This document shows, in pieces, positions 1-10,475 of a stretch of DNA of 64,000 nt (within the stretch, counting starts at the first letter, position 1; the number at the start of each line of letters is the position of its first letter). Both the position numbers and the translations under genes were made by a program. Below the pieces are notes generated by a model. That model worked only from the letters and a program-made list of their open reading frames with translations, had not been told where the DNA came from and did no database searches. This stretch comes from an uncultured Flavobacteriales bacterium (GTDB lineage: Bacteria > Bacteroidota > Bacteroidia > Flavobacteriales_D > Sanyastnellaceae), in NCBI GenBank assembly GCA_963932755.1, contig CAWVRV010000002.1, forward strand, positions 567 to 64,566, written 5' to 3'.

Positions 1-336
1 ATACAGGACGATATTCTAGATACTTTCGGCAATGCGTTGAAAACTGGAAAGAAAGTAGGGGGTGATATCGCTGCAGAAAAAAAGACCTTTATTTGGCTTT
101 ACACACAGCAAAAAGGAGCCTTGTCCCCTCATTTTCTCAAACCACTTCATGGCCAGGAAAAAATAGAGAAGGTGAGAGACGCGATGCGCGAATCTGGGGC
201 AGATGTGGCAGCACAAAAGAAAATGAATGTATACGCAGAGGAAGCGATATCGGCATTGTCAGAGCTGGATTTAGATCCTGAAAAGAGAATGTTTTTTGCG
301 GACTTAGTAAGTTCCGTGATGAAAAGATCCTCGTGA
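1..336 (+). CDS. Polyprenyl diphosphate synthase, C-terminal fragment (5' end outside window)
   Basis: Frame 1 is open from base 1. IQDDILDTFGN..KTGKKVGGDIAAEKKT matches the second Asp-rich motif and downstream signature of trans-prenyltransferases. TGA stop at 334-336. Confidence 0.8.
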   Translation: MQDDILDTFGNALKTGKKVGGDIAAEKKTFIWLYTQQKGALSPHFLKPLHGQEKIEKVRDAMRESGADVAAQKKMNVYAEEAISALSELDLDPEKRMFFADLVSSVMKRSS

Positions 337-698
337 CTTTCTCTAGTGAAATCAATCTCCCCGAGGGAGTTTCCTTGCCAGCAGGCATGTTGTTTGTCGA
401 TTTTCAAAAAGAGGTCTTTGCGCAGATAGCCAAAGATTTCCAACTGGATGAGAATGAATCACAAGAGCCTTTTAATGAGTGGATGGAGAATGTGATACGG
501 TCAAATCCAGATCGAATTCACGCCTCGTTTTACCGCCTCGATTTGGGGGAGGAAAATGTGAGCAATGCACTTAAAATAGAGGATCCCTCGATGCGGTCTA
601 CATTGCTCGCAGAACAGTCAATTCAAAGAGCCGTTTTAAAGGTTCTGACGAGATTTAATTATGCGTTGAAAAATCGCCTAAATAGTACAAAAAATTGA
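333..698 (+). CDS. Hypothetical protein (121 aa, acidic, soluble)
   Basis: The GTG start overlaps the upstream stop (GTGA), suggesting translational coupling. The ORF fills the gap before the sucA promoter. I recognise no motif. Confidence 0.45.
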   Translation: MTFSSEINLPEGVSLPAGMLFVDFQKEVFAQIAKDFQLDENESQEPFNEWMENVIRSNPDRIHASFYRLDLGEENVSNALKIEDPSMRSTLLAEQSIQRAVLKVLTRFNYALKNRLNSTKN

Positions 699-720
699 TG
701 CTCAATCGATTTAAGCTATG

Positions 721-728
721 TAACTTTG
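721..728 (+). promoter_or_regulatory. Putative Bacteroidetes-type -7 promoter box TAACTTTG upstream of sucA
   Basis: Exact match to TAnnTTTG, 29 nt upstream of the GTG start at 758, inside a 59-bp intergenic gap. Confidence 0.4.
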
Positions 729-757
729 CGGATGGAGTTTGGACCTAATTCGATTAC

Positions 758-3499
758 GTGGACCCTTTATCGTTTTTAAATAATATTGAGCCTAAACAAT
801 TGGACGTTTTGTACGCCCAATACCTCAACAATCCAGAATCTGTTGACCGTTCTTGGCGGCTGTTTTTTGCGGGATTCGATTTGGCAAATTCTCATTTCGG
901 GGATGACTCAGCAAATCCCCAAACCATGAAGGAGTTTGGGGTTCTCAATCTGATTCATGGATATAGAACACGTGGTCATCTTTTCACATCTACAAATCCA
1001 GTAAGAGAGCGCCGTACTTACACGCCAGATCTTGCTCTTTCGCATTTCGATCTTGATCAATCTGATTTAGAGACTGTCTTTCAAGCCGGGGGAGAAATTG
1101 GGTTGAATTCAGCAAAGCTTAAAGACATCATTGCCCACCTTGAAGATACCTATTGCCACAGCATTAGTATTGAGTATATGTACATACGCGAACCCAAGCG
1201 TGTGGATTGGATACGCAACAATATTGAATTGAATAACCGTAAAAAATTCAATAAAAAGGAGCAGCTTCATATTCTCAAGAAAATTAGTCAAGCGACGTTG
1301 TTCGAGGAGTTTCTTCAGAAGAAATTTGTGGGCCAAAAACGTTTTTCACTGGAAGGTGGAGAATCCCTGATTCCAGCTTTAGATACGCTTATTGAAAAGG
1401 GAACGGAACACGGCGTAAAAGAAGTCGTCATAGGGATGGCTCACAGGGGGAGGTTAAGTACCCTGGCTCATATTTTAGGAAAGCCCTATATGGATCTTTT
1501 CAGTGAGTTTCAGGGCAAGGAATACGCTGGAGATGATGGATTTGAGGGAGATGTAAAGTATCATTTGGGACATTCTCGAACTCAGAAAGCGGATACAGGA
1601 GCAGATGTTCACATTACCCTTGCACCCAACCCATCTCACCTTGAAGCGGTAGACCCTGTGGTTTTAGGAATGTCTCGTGCTTTAATTGATGAGCTTGGTG
1701 GCGACGAGAACGCCGTTCTTCCGATACTTGTCCATGGCGACGCAGCGATTGCGGGTCAAGGTATCGTATACGAAGTGGTCCAAATGGCGGGCCTGAAGGG
1801 ATATCGTACCGGAGGTACAATCCATATCATCGTCAATAACCAAATCGGTTTTACGACAAACTATCTTGACGCGCGCACCTCGACGTATTGCACTGACGTG
1901 GGGAAGGTAACACAGAGTTTGATCTTTCATGTCAATGCGGATGACCCTGAAGCGGTTGTTCAGGTCATGAACATCGCGCTAACCTATCGTCAAACTTTTC
2001 ACAGGGATGTTTTCATCGACTTACTGGGATATCGCAAATACGGTCACAACGAAGGTGATGAGCCCAAGTTTACTCAGCCTAAGCTCTACAAAGCCATCGC
2101 GTCTCACCCTTCACCTTACGCGATGTATTTGTCACACCTGATCTCCGTGGGAACCATCACTTCAGAAGAAGGGGCTGCGCTTAAGCAAATCCAGATGGAC
2201 CAAATGGAGGACGGTTTTGCGATTGCGAAAGGGAAAGAAACAAATCAAGTGAAGGATTTCCTCTCTGGTATTTGGGCTGACTATAGACGCGCTACCGCAG
2301 AAGATCTCACTACATCACAAGACACGAGTTTCCCAGAGAAAAAAATCCGCGATTTGGGGGATAAAATAAGCATGTTGCCTGAGGGAAAAAAGTTTTTCAG
2401 GAAAGTAGATAAGCTTCTCAAGGACAGAAAAAAGATGCTCGACGCTGATCGCCTAGATTGGGGGATGGGTGAATTGCTTGCCTATGCATCCCTCTTGGTT
2501 GAAGGCTATCCTGTAAGGATTTCAGGTCAGGATGTAGAGCGTGGGACTTTCTCTCATCGTCACGCAGTTTTGAAGACTGAGGAAACGGAAGAAGAAGTCA
2601 TCTTGCTGAATGATCTTGAGAAAGGTCAAGCAAAGTTGTCTATTTACAATTCACTGCTTTCGGAATATGCTGTTTCAGGATTTGATTTCGGATACGCATT
2701 CGCGAGACCGAAATGTTTGACCATTTGGGAAGCTCAATTTGGAGATTTTAACAACGGTGCTCAAATTATTTGGGATCAATTTCTATGTGCTGCAGAGGAT
2801 AAATGGAGAACGATGAATGGACTTACAATCCTCCTTCCTCATGGATATGAAGGAATGGGTTCCGAGCACAGTTCAGGTCGTATGGAGCGGTTTTTAACGC
2901 TCGCTTCGGGGGACAATATTGTTGTTACAAACTGCACGACACCCGCTCAGATGTTTCACCTTCTGAGAAGACAAGTCTTGCGTCCATTTCGCAAACCCTT
3001 GGTCGCATTTACGCCGAAGAAACTACTTCGTTATCCGAAAGCCGTATCGACTGTTTCTGAACTCGCAAAAGGCAAGTTTTATGAAATTCTGGACGATCCC
3101 CGTATGTCAAGAGGCTCAGATGCAAAAAAGGTCGATACCGTGGTCCTGTGTTCGGGAAAGATCTACTACGAACTCTTAGAGCGCTTCGAAGAATCTGAGC
3201 AGGATAAGAAACAAACGTCTAATATTGCCGTCATTCGGATCGAGCAATTGCATCCCTTTCCTCAGGATGCTCTTCAAACTTTACTTGAGCGATATGGTCA
3301 CCATGTAAAAGTGGTTTGGCTTCAAGAAGAACCAAGGAATATGGGAGCTTGGCCGTTTATTTCAATGCACTATCAAGGAGATATTGCAGAGGCTATAGCT
3401 AGACCCGCCAGCGGAACGACTGCAGCGGGCTCACAAGTAATATACGCTCGTAAACATGACGTTATCATGGATGATGTGATGAAATACGCCCGTAAATAA
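758..3499 (+). CDS. sucA: 2-oxoglutarate dehydrogenase E1 component
   Basis: 913 aa with E1o signatures GMAHRGRLSTLAHILGKP, HGDAAIAGQGIVYE and LLPHGYEGMGSEHSSGRMERFL. The E2 gene follows 9 bp downstream. Confidence 0.95.
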   Translation: MDPLSFLNNIEPKQLDVLYAQYLNNPESVDRSWRLFFAGFDLANSHFGDDSANPQTMKEFGVLNLIHGYRTRGHLFTSTNPVRERRTYTPDLALSHFDLDQSDLETVFQAGGEIGLNSAKLKDIIAHLEDTYCHSISIEYMYIREPKRVDWIRNNIELNNRKKFNKKEQLHILKKISQATLFEEFLQKKFVGQKRFSLEGGESLIPALDTLIEKGTEHGVKEVVIGMAHRGRLSTLAHILGKPYMDLFSEFQGKEYAGDDGFEGDVKYHLGHSRTQKADTGADVHITLAPNPSHLEAVDPVVLGMSRALIDELGGDENAVLPILVHGDAAIAGQGIVYEVVQMAGLKGYRTGGTIHIIVNNQIGFTTNYLDARTSTYCTDVGKVTQSLIFHVNADDPEAVVQVMNIALTYRQTFHRDVFIDLLGYRKYGHNEGDEPKFTQPKLYKAIASHPSPYAMYLSHLISVGTITSEEGAALKQIQMDQMEDGFAIAKGKETNQVKDFLSGIWADYRRATAEDLTTSQDTSFPEKKIRDLGDKISMLPEGKKFFRKVDKLLKDRKKMLDADRLDWGMGELLAYASLLVEGYPVRISGQDVERGTFSHRHAVLKTEETEEEVILLNDLEKGQAKLSIYNSLLSEYAVSGFDFGYAFARPKCLTIWEAQFGDFNNGAQIIWDQFLCAAEDKWRTMNGLTILLPHGYEGMGSEHSSGRMERFLTLASGDNIVVTNCTTPAQMFHLLRRQVLRPFRKPLVAFTPKKLLRYPKAVSTVSELAKGKFYEILDDPRMSRGSDAKKVDTVVLCSGKIYYELLERFEESEQDKKQTSNIAVIRIEQLHPFPQDALQTLLERYGHHVKVVWLQEEPRNMGAWPFISMHYQGDIAEAIARPASGTTAAGSQVIYARKHDVIMDDVMKYARK

Positions 3500-3508
3500 T
3501 TAAGAATC

Positions 3509-4798
3509 ATGCCTATACTTGAAATGAAAGTTCCCAGTCCGGGAGAGAGTATATCAGAAGTGGAAATTGCTGCTTGGCTCGTAAATGATGGCGACTATGT
3601 TGAGAAGGACCAACCCATTGCCGAAGTCGATTCAGACAAAGCAACTCTTGAACTTCCCGCAGAAATGGCGGGAGTCATTACATTAAAAGTAGAAGAAGGA
3701 GATGTCGTACCCGTAGGTGATGTGTGTTGTATCATTGACACGGATGCAAAGCGTCCAGCAGGAATGGCCAAATCTACAGAGCCCACCGCTCCTGCACCGA
3801 CTCCTGCACCGACTCCTCCAAGTCCTGCGGTCATTCCAGCTGCTAAACCTCCTGCTCAGCCTGCCGTTGTTCCTGTTTCTGAAAAAAGCTATGCAGAGGG
3901 AAGTCCTTCTCCTGCAGCCAAAAAGATGATGGCTGACAAAGGAATTTCTTCGGGTTCAATTACAGGATCGGGTAGAGATGGAAGAGTGCTGAAACAAGAT
4001 GTTATTTCAGCTTTAGCTGCAGGTTTTGATCCTTCGTCGGCTTCTGCTCAAGGTGGATGGACTGGATCTCGAGAGGTCCGATCTGAACGTATGTCCATGT
4101 TGCGCAGAAAAGTAGCAGAACGACTCGTTGGTGTGAAAAATGAGACGGCCATGCTTACCACTTTTAACGAAGTGGACATGAAGCCCATTATGGACCTCAG
4201 GGCCAAATACAAGATTAAGTTTAAGGAAGAGAAAGGTGTGGGTCTTGGTTTCATGGGTTTCTTTACAAAAGCTGTGACAACCGCTCTTGCTGTCTACCCA
4301 GGGGTAAATGCGATGATAGATGGGAAGGAAGTGCAATATCATGACTACGTAGATGTGTGTATTGCGGTAAGCTCTCCCAAAGGGTTAATGGTCCCGGTTG
4401 TAAGGAATGCGGAAGTCATGTCTATTGCAGAAATTGAGGGCGAAATCAAACGCCTTGCCATTAGAGCACGTGATGGTGTACTTACCGTAGACGAAATGCA
4501 AGGAGGGACGTTTACCATCACAAACGGAGGAGTGTTTGGCTCGATGTTATCGACACCCATTATCAACCCCCCCCAAAGTGCAATCTTGGGGATGCACAAT
4601 ATCGTTGAACGTCCAGTGGCCATAGATGGTCAAGTGGTGATCCGTCCGATCATGTACGTCGCGCTTAGTTATGACCACCGTATTGTAGATGGGAAAGAGA
4701 GCGTAAGCTTTTTATACCTCGTAAAAGAGCTCCTTGAAAATCCAGAGAGAATGTTGTTTGGAGGGAAACAGCCAGAAGAAATACTCCTCGGGCTTTAA
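3509..4798 (+). CDS. sucB: Dihydrolipoyllysine-residue succinyltransferase (2-oxoglutarate dehydrogenase E2)
   Basis: N-terminal lipoyl domain ([13 protein letters not shown]), Pro/Ala-rich linker, peripheral subunit-binding segment, and C-terminal acyltransferase with the DHRIVDG catalytic motif. Confidence 0.95.
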   Translation: MPILEMKVPSPGESISEVEIAAWLVNDGDYVEKDQPIAEVDSDKATLELPAEMAGVITLKVEEGDVVPVGDVCCIIDTDAKRPAGMAKSTEPTAPAPTPAPTPPSPAVIPAAKPPAQPAVVPVSEKSYAEGSPSPAAKKMMADKGISSGSITGSGRDGRVLKQDVISALAAGFDPSSASAQGGWTGSREVRSERMSMLRRKVAERLVGVKNETAMLTTFNEVDMKPIMDLRAKYKIKFKEEKGVGLGFMGFFTKAVTTALAVYPGVNAMIDGKEVQYHDYVDVCIAVSSPKGLMVPVVRNAEVMSIAEIEGEIKRLAIRARDGVLTVDEMQGGTFTITNGGVFGSMLSTPIINPPQSAILGMHNIVERPVAIDGQVVIRPIMYVALSYDHRIVDGKESVSFLYLVKELLENPERMLFGGKQPEEILLGL

Positions 4799-4822
4799 GT
4801 TGTCAGTATCTCGGTAACTCAT

Positions 4823-6148
4823 TTATCTAAGGACTCGAAATCGCTCTCCATCAAGCCTGATAAGAACACCAATTAAGAAAGTGAATCCAATCAATGACGA
4901 GCCTCCATAACTGAAAAAAGGCAATGGGATTCCGATAACTGGTGCGAGACCTAGAACCATACCAACGTTCACTAATAAGTGCATAAAGAAAATGCTGGCG
5001 ACTCCATAAGCGTATATCCGTGTGAAATTGGATCGTTGCCGTTCTGCAATGACAATCACTCTTAATATTAAGAGTGTGAATAGCAAGATTACAAAGGCAC
5101 TTCCCGCAAACCCCCACTCTTCTCCCACAGTACAAAATATAAAGTCAGTTTCTTGCTCTGGAACGAAGCTATAAGCAGTCATGGGTCCATGCATCCATCC
5201 CTTGCCCGAAAAACCACCGCTTCCTATTGCTGCTTTTGCATGGCGGATGTTATAATCAGCATCTGGGTTGTTTACGTCTATACCAAACAGGACGTGGATT
5301 CTATCTCTTTGATGTGACTTCAGGACGGTCTCCATGCCCAGATGTAGCCCAATTGAAACCATCAGGCCAGCAACAATACTGGCAATGCCCCACCTGGTTA
5401 TCTTTTTTCTTTTTCTTGGAACCATCAGATCTTTTGCTAGAAAAACAACGCCAATTCCGATTGCAATCCACACAATCCAAAACACACCTATCCCTGATTC
5501 TGTTCCAAAGAAAGGGTAGTGAACGGATGTTGCACCTATTAGAATAGTAGCGATGGCAACGAGCAAGGCACCAAATCCTATAATCAAGACGTTTCCGCTT
5601 AATCCCTCTCGATAAAGTACAAAGACAAATCCTGCAAATACGAGTACGGTTCCCGCATCGGGTTGGAGTAGAATCAATCCTGCGGGAATCGCCACAATAA
5701 GAAATGAGAGAAAGCGGACTTTAAGACTTCGCCACTTGGTCGCATCACGAGACAGATACCAGGCGAGAAGAAGTGCGGTTGTGGGTTTGGCAAATTCGCT
5801 GGGTTGTAAACTTATTCCACCAAATCCAAACCAGGATCGAGCTCCTCCTATCTTTTTGCCGATGATTAAGACAGCCACAAGAAGTACGAGCGTTAAGATG
5901 TATTGCAGCACAGATGTCCGGATGAAAAACTCGCTTTCAATATTGATAATTAAAAACCCTAAAAACGAACAGATCAAGATCCACATCAATTGCTTCCCGC
6001 CTTTCCCCCCCCAATCAAACCATTCTGCGATTTCGAGATTTGAGGTTGCACTTACAACGTTGAGTAATCCGAAAAACATCAGAACACCCACAAGGATTAC
6101 CAAGGACCAATCTATGTTTTTGTATATGGATGATTCTCTAGGTGTCAT
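4823..6148 (-). CDS. rodA: Rod shape-determining SEDS-family protein RodA
   Basis: 441-aa polytopic membrane protein with FtsW/RodA/SpoVE motifs PSEFAKP and PFFSYGGSS. It is the last gene of the mreBCD-mrdA-rodA string and overlaps mrdA by 4 nt. Confidence 0.9.
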   Translation of the reverse strand: MTPRESSIYKNIDWSLVILVGVLMFFGLLNVVSATSNLEIAEWFDWGGKGGKQLMWILICSFLGFLIINIESEFFIRTSVLQYILTLVLLVAVLIIGKKIGGARSWFGFGGISLQPSEFAKPTTALLLAWYLSRDATKWRSLKVRFLSFLIVAIPAGLILLQPDAGTVLVFAGFVFVLYREGLSGNVLIIGFGALLVAIATILIGATSVHYPFFGTESGIGVFWIVWIAIGIGVVFLAKDLMVPRKRKKITRWGIASIVAGLMVSIGLHLGMETVLKSHQRDRIHVLFGIDVNNPDADYNIRHAKAAIGSGGFSGKGWMHGPMTAYSFVPEQETDFIFCTVGEEWGFAGSAFVILLFTLLILRVIVIAERQRSNFTRIYAYGVASIFFMHLLVNVGMVLGLAPVIGIPLPFFSYGGSSLIGFTFLIGVLIRLDGERFRVLR

Positions 6149-7950
6149 GGCTGAAACGTTAAGATCCTATCCTCGCGCAGTGTATTTGAAACCGTATCTG
6201 TCAGATATTTTTCGACAAGCAGGCCTGCAATTGGCGCAGCCCATTCACCTCCAGAACCTGCATATTCCACATACACACTTAATGCAATCTTCGGATTGTC
6301 CCGCGGCGCAAAAGCAATAAAGACACTGTGATCTTCCTTGTCTTTGTTCTGTACAGTGCCTGTTTTTCCACAGATCGTAATTCCGTCAATCTGAGCAAGG
6401 TTGCCCGTTCCATTTGGGTGCTCAATGACTTTTTGCATCGCATTCACCACGGTTTCGAAATGCTTAGGTAGGATATTAAGATTGTGAATAGAGTCTATTC
6501 CGGCGGGTTTTCCCAGACCCCCGATGTCCCGAACAGGATGTGGTTCTCTGTAGTAACCCCTGTTTGCTATAATAGCCGCAAGGTTTGCCATTTGAAGTGG
6601 GGTGGTGAGCAATTCCCCTTCTCCGATTGAAATAGAGTAAATGGTCTTATATCCCCAGTGATTTTTACCATATATATTGTCATAGACCAAAGAATTTGGA
6701 ATACTTCCAGACCTTACCCAGGGAATATGGCCTCCGAGGTTCGTGCCAAACCCAAATGCCTTAACTCGTTCATTCCAGTATGTCAGACCCAGGGAAGCAT
6801 CTTTCAGTGGATGCGGATCGCGTCCCCTCAGAACCACCCTCCTCATCACTTCATAGAAATATGGATTGCAAGAGTGAGTGATTGCATCGGTGAGATTGTC
6901 GGCTGTGTGAGGCCCATGGCATCCGATGATCGATCTGTTGCATGCGATTGTCGTATTTGATGTGATCACTCCCTCGTCCAAAGCAATGATTCCCTGTACC
7001 ATTTTAAAGATGGATCCCGGCCTGTATGTTCCTCTTAATGCTCTGTTATAAAGCGGTTTCCATGGATGGGTATTTAAGCTGTCATACACAATGCCTCTTC
7101 TGGTCCCTGTCAAGCTATTTCCATCATAGAATGGCGATGAAACGATTGCAAGAATTTCACCAGTTTCTGGTTCGATCGCAACGACACTGCCTCTTTTCCC
7201 ACGCAGTAATTTTTCTGCATACCTCTGTAGCTCGACATCAATCGTAAGTGTGACATCCTTCCCCGGAATGGGCATTGTATCGAGTTCGAGAAGGGTTTCC
7301 TGTACGTTATTTCTCACATCTACAATGTGATATCGAGCGCCAGGAATACCTCTCAGTGATTGTTCAAACGACGATTCAAGGCCAGACTTGCCTTTGTAAT
7401 CACCAAGTTGATAATACACATCTCCACGAATATCGGCTCTGTCAACTTCTCTATATTCTCCCAGGATATGTCCCGCGACCCCTGCTACATTGGACCTTAC
7501 GGAGCGTGTCCTTGATTTTATTCCAGGGTAGTCCATTAACTGCTTAGAAATCATTGCGAATTCTTGCGCATTCAATTGCTTCACGATGATGGAAGGTACA
7601 TACCTAGAATATGCAGAAGCTTTGTCAAGACGTTTTTTCAGTTCTTCATACTCCAGTCCCAGGACCCCTCCGAGAGCTGCTGTATCTAAATCCTTTGCGT
7701 TTCGAGGCGTCACCAGAAGATCGTAACTCGCGATATTTGAGACAATCAACGCACCATTCCTGTCGAGAAATTTCCCTCTCATGGGCTCAAGTGCCTCCCG
7801 TTCTTCGGTAAGTCGGCCCGCATAATTTGACCAATCTGAATTGATGAGTTGAATGTGTCCCAGTCTTGCGATAAAAACAAGTGAAATCATGACAACAATC
7901 CCTCCGAAAACAAGACTTCGATTTTTCAGCCCGGTATTATTCATGACCAA
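6145..7950 (-). CDS. mrdA: Penicillin-binding protein 2 (elongasome transpeptidase)
   Basis: N-terminal membrane anchor, PBP dimerisation region, and transpeptidase motifs SxxK (SIFK), SxN (SCN) and KTG (GKTGT). Confidence 0.9.
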   Translation of the reverse strand: MVMNNTGLKNRSLVFGGIVVMISLVFIARLGHIQLINSDWSNYAGRLTEEREALEPMRGKFLDRNGALIVSNIASYDLLVTPRNAKDLDTAALGGVLGLEYEELKKRLDKASAYSRYVPSIIVKQLNAQEFAMISKQLMDYPGIKSRTRSVRSNVAGVAGHILGEYREVDRADIRGDVYYQLGDYKGKSGLESSFEQSLRGIPGARYHIVDVRNNVQETLLELDTMPIPGKDVTLTIDVELQRYAEKLLRGKRGSVVAIEPETGEILAIVSSPFYDGNSLTGTRRGIVYDSLNTHPWKPLYNRALRGTYRPGSIFKMVQGIIALDEGVITSNTTIACNRSIIGCHGPHTADNLTDAITHSCNPYFYEVMRRVVLRGRDPHPLKDASLGLTYWNERVKAFGFGTNLGGHIPWVRSGSIPNSLVYDNIYGKNHWGYKTIYSISIGEGELLTTPLQMANLAAIIANRGYYREPHPVRDIGGLGKPAGIDSIHNLNILPKHFETVVNAMQKVIEHPNGTGNLAQIDGITICGKTGTVQNKDKEDHSVFIAFAPRDNPKIALSVYVEYAGSGGEWAAPIAGLLVEKYLTDTVSNTLREDRILTFQP

Positions 7951-8489
7951 GGGTATGCACTGACTTTAGGACCCTTGGTTTTCGGTTTTTGGCCAAACAA
8001 CCCCTGAGCGATAGAAAAGAGAATTACATTGAGTACACTGGAACACAAGGCTTTTGCAAAGGCGCTTGGAATCAAACTCCATTTAAACCCTTCTGCTGCA
8101 AACAGCACGAACATGTATGAAAAGGTGATCAGGGTGCTCAGCGCAATGAACCGGCCCCATCCATCGTGGTTTACATTGATAGAGTGGCCCTTCATAAAAC
8201 CATCCCGCGGGGCAATAAATTCATTCCATTTAGGGATCATCAAACCCACGAATGCCCCAGCAGCCATGTGGAGCCCACCAGTCAGAATCACAACATCTAA
8301 AAATGCACCTGTAACAGCACCGATGATTAAATAACTTGCTTTGGGCAAATCCAAAGGCAACAGTATAAGTCCGTAGAGATGAAAACATATTACAAGCCAT
8401 CCATTTGAAAATATTCCAAACCGAAAGATCATCACTTGTAAAAACCAGGTGAGCGCGAGGACACCTATTGCTCGAATAATTGAGTTCAT
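7941..8489 (-). CDS. mreD: Rod shape-determining protein MreD (putative)
   Basis: 182-aa multi-TM protein located between mreC and mrdA, overlapping both neighbours. The call rests on position and topology. Confidence 0.6.
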   Translation of the reverse strand: MNSIIRAIGVLALTWFLQVMIFRFGIFSNGWLVICFHLYGLILLPLDLPKASYLIIGAVTGAFLDVVILTGGLHMAAGAFVGLMIPKWNEFIAPRDGFMKGHSINVNHDGWGRFIALSTLITFSYMFVLFAAEGFKWSLIPSAFAKALCSSVLNVILFSIAQGLFGQKPKTKGPKVSAYPWS

Positions 8490-9307
8490 TCTGGGGCCAT
8501 GGTTATCAGTGAATCGACAATGCCGGCACTGGAGTTCATGAGGAATTCTACATAGTGTATGTGTTTGTAGTCGGCCCCTAGTTTAACCGTGACAGATTGA
8601 AATTTATCAGCCTGGGTTACAAGTACCTCTTCCACTTTACCTACCTCTAATCCAGAAGGGAATGTGCCCTGGAATCCAGTGGTCACTACAGGGTCCCCCG
8701 GTAGGATTAGTTCTGTGAGTGGAACATCTTTCAATGTTGCATATTCTGTTCCTTGTCCAGACCACACCATTCTCCCAATCGCCCCCTCATTTCCGAGTCT
8801 TACACTCCATTGAGTATGTAAATGAATGATGGGCAGAATAAGAGATTCGTGTTCTGTAACTTCAGTCACTAACCCAGCGATCTTCCCGTTATCTAACATG
8901 CCCATCCCAGGTAAAACACCAGCCAAACGGCCTCGATTTGCCACTAAAATATTGTTCTTAAAGTCGGACGTATATCTAATTATTTCAGCGGGAATACTTT
9001 TCCAGACTTCTGGATTAAGACTCGCCGGTTCAGTGTCAGTGACGTTCGGTTTATTCAAATTTATATTTGCCGTCCTCAGCCTGGCGTTTTCCATTAACAA
9101 GCTGACATTTGTGGTCTTCAAATCTTTGAGATACATCATTCGGCCAACAGTCTCAGTCCAACTCGATGACATTTTCATTCCAATTGATGCCATCCTTCCC
9201 CTGGGATGAGCATGTGTAGAAGCGATCCAATTAAGCGCGATAATTTCAAGCAATACAAATAACACCATTCGGTGATTTCGTCGAAGTAGTTGAATTAATG
9301 TGTGCAC
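8486..9307 (-). CDS. mreC: Rod shape-determining protein MreC
   Basis: GTG start, N-terminal TM helix (MVLFVLLEIIAL), a coiled-coil segment, then a beta-rich C-terminal domain. Sits immediately downstream of mreB. Confidence 0.8.
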   Translation of the reverse strand: MHTLIQLLRRNHRMVLFVLLEIIALNWIASTHAHPRGRMASIGMKMSSSWTETVGRMMYLKDLKTTNVSLLMENARLRTANINLNKPNVTDTEPASLNPEVWKSIPAEIIRYTSDFKNNILVANRGRLAGVLPGMGMLDNGKIAGLVTEVTEHESLILPIIHLHTQWSVRLGNEGAIGRMVWSGQGTEYATLKDVPLTELILPGDPVVTTGFQGTFPSGLEVGKVEEVLVTQADKFQSVTVKLGADYKHIHYVEFLMNSSAGIVDSLITMAPE

Positions 9308-9332
9308 TGAATAGGCATATTATTCACAGATC

Positions 9333-10367
9333 CTAACCATGCATGAGGAAAGGGAAACGATCAATGTTCTTAAGCGCAATCGCTGTTCCTTTTGCTACAG
9401 CGTGAAGCGGGTCTTCAGCAATGTGGACGGGCAACTTTGTACGTAAGGAAATTCGAATATCAAGCCCACGTAAAAGCGCTCCTCCTCCAGCCAAGTAGAT
9501 GCCGGTTTTAAATATATCCGCAGAGAGTTCGGGTGGAGTTTGATTTAAAGCAGTGTGAATCGCATCCTCAATTTTACCGATACTCTTGTCAAGACAACCA
9601 GCTATTTCAGAATACGTAACAATGACTTCTTTGGGGTGTCCAGTCATCAAGTCACGCCCCAGAACAGGATAGTTCTCAGGCGGGTTTTCAAGTTTACTGA
9701 TCGCAGACCCCACATTTATTTTTACTTGCTCAGCCGTTCTTTCTCCAATCAGAATGTTATGCTGACGCCTCATGTAATCTTCAATGTCACGCGTAAACTC
9801 GTCCCCAGCAATTCTGATATTTGTGTCGGTCACAATCCCTCCAAGTGCAATGACAGCGATCTCAGATGTTCCTCCTCCGATATCGACGATCATATTGCCC
9901 ATAGGTTCCTCTACATCGATGCCGATTCCAATTGCTGCGGCCATAGGTTCATGAATGAGATAGACATCCTTGCCTCCTGCGTGCTCTGCCGAATCCTTTA
10001 CAGCGCGTTTTTCTACATCTGTGATCCCAGAAGGGATGCATATGACCATTCGGTGAGAGGGTGTAAACCAAGATTTCTTATTCTCATTGATCATTTTAAT
10101 CATCCCTTTAATCATCTGCTCAGCAGACTCAAAATCGGCAATGACTCCATCCCTTAATGGTCGTATCGTTTCGATGTTTTTATGCGTCTTTCCATGCATT
10201 TGTTGTGCAAGGCGGCCTATTGCGACTACGCGTCCAGTTTTAATGTCCTTCGCTACAATGGAAGGTTGGTCGACGACGACCTTGTCCTGGTAGTAAATAA
10301 TTGTATTTGCAGTTCCCAAATCAATGGCGATATCCTGCACGAAAAAGTTAAACAAGCCCATACTCAA
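9333..10367 (-). CDS. mreB: Rod shape-determining actin homologue MreB
   Basis: Actin-fold phosphate motifs DLGTANT and DIGGGTSE, with typical MreB length of 344 aa. Confidence 0.95.
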   Translation of the reverse strand: MSMGLFNFFVQDIAIDLGTANTIIYYQDKVVVDQPSIVAKDIKTGRVVAIGRLAQQMHGKTHKNIETIRPLRDGVIADFESAEQMIKGMIKMINENKKSWFTPSHRMVICIPSGITDVEKRAVKDSAEHAGGKDVYLIHEPMAAAIGIGIDVEEPMGNMIVDIGGGTSEIAVIALGGIVTDTNIRIAGDEFTRDIEDYMRRQHNILIGERTAEQVKINVGSAISKLENPPENYPVLGRDLMTGHPKEVIVTYSEIAGCLDKSIGKIEDAIHTALNQTPPELSADIFKTGIYLAGGGALLRGLDIRISLRTKLPVHIAEDPLHAVAKGTAIALKNIDRFPFLMHG

Positions 10368-10475
10368 ATTTACACTTTCACGAATACAAAACCGATTTGA
10401 AAACGCTCTAAATGTGACTTAGTGGATAAGTTTCCAATTAGGTTGAAAACGTTGAGTTTGCCTGTTAGCGAATTG

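Noticed and set aside
3791-3814. Perfect 12-bp tandem duplication (cctgcaccgact x2) inside sucB.
   Set aside because: It encodes the [10 protein letters not shown] Pro/Ala-rich inter-domain linker, which is standard for 2-oxo-acid dehydrogenase E2 subunits. It is not a regulatory or mobile repeat.
5736-6320. 194-aa plus-strand ORF antisense to rodA/mrdA. Similar long antisense or alternative-frame ORFs lie at 9555-10157, 30335-30742, 30806-31261, 42994-43503, 43618-44001, 47062-47538, 53309-53716 and 62794-63210.
   Set aside because: Each lies entirely within a gene that has strong family motifs on the other strand or in another frame. Their translations are low-complexity or Ser/Arg/Cys-rich with no recognisable motifs. 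These are shadow ORFs.
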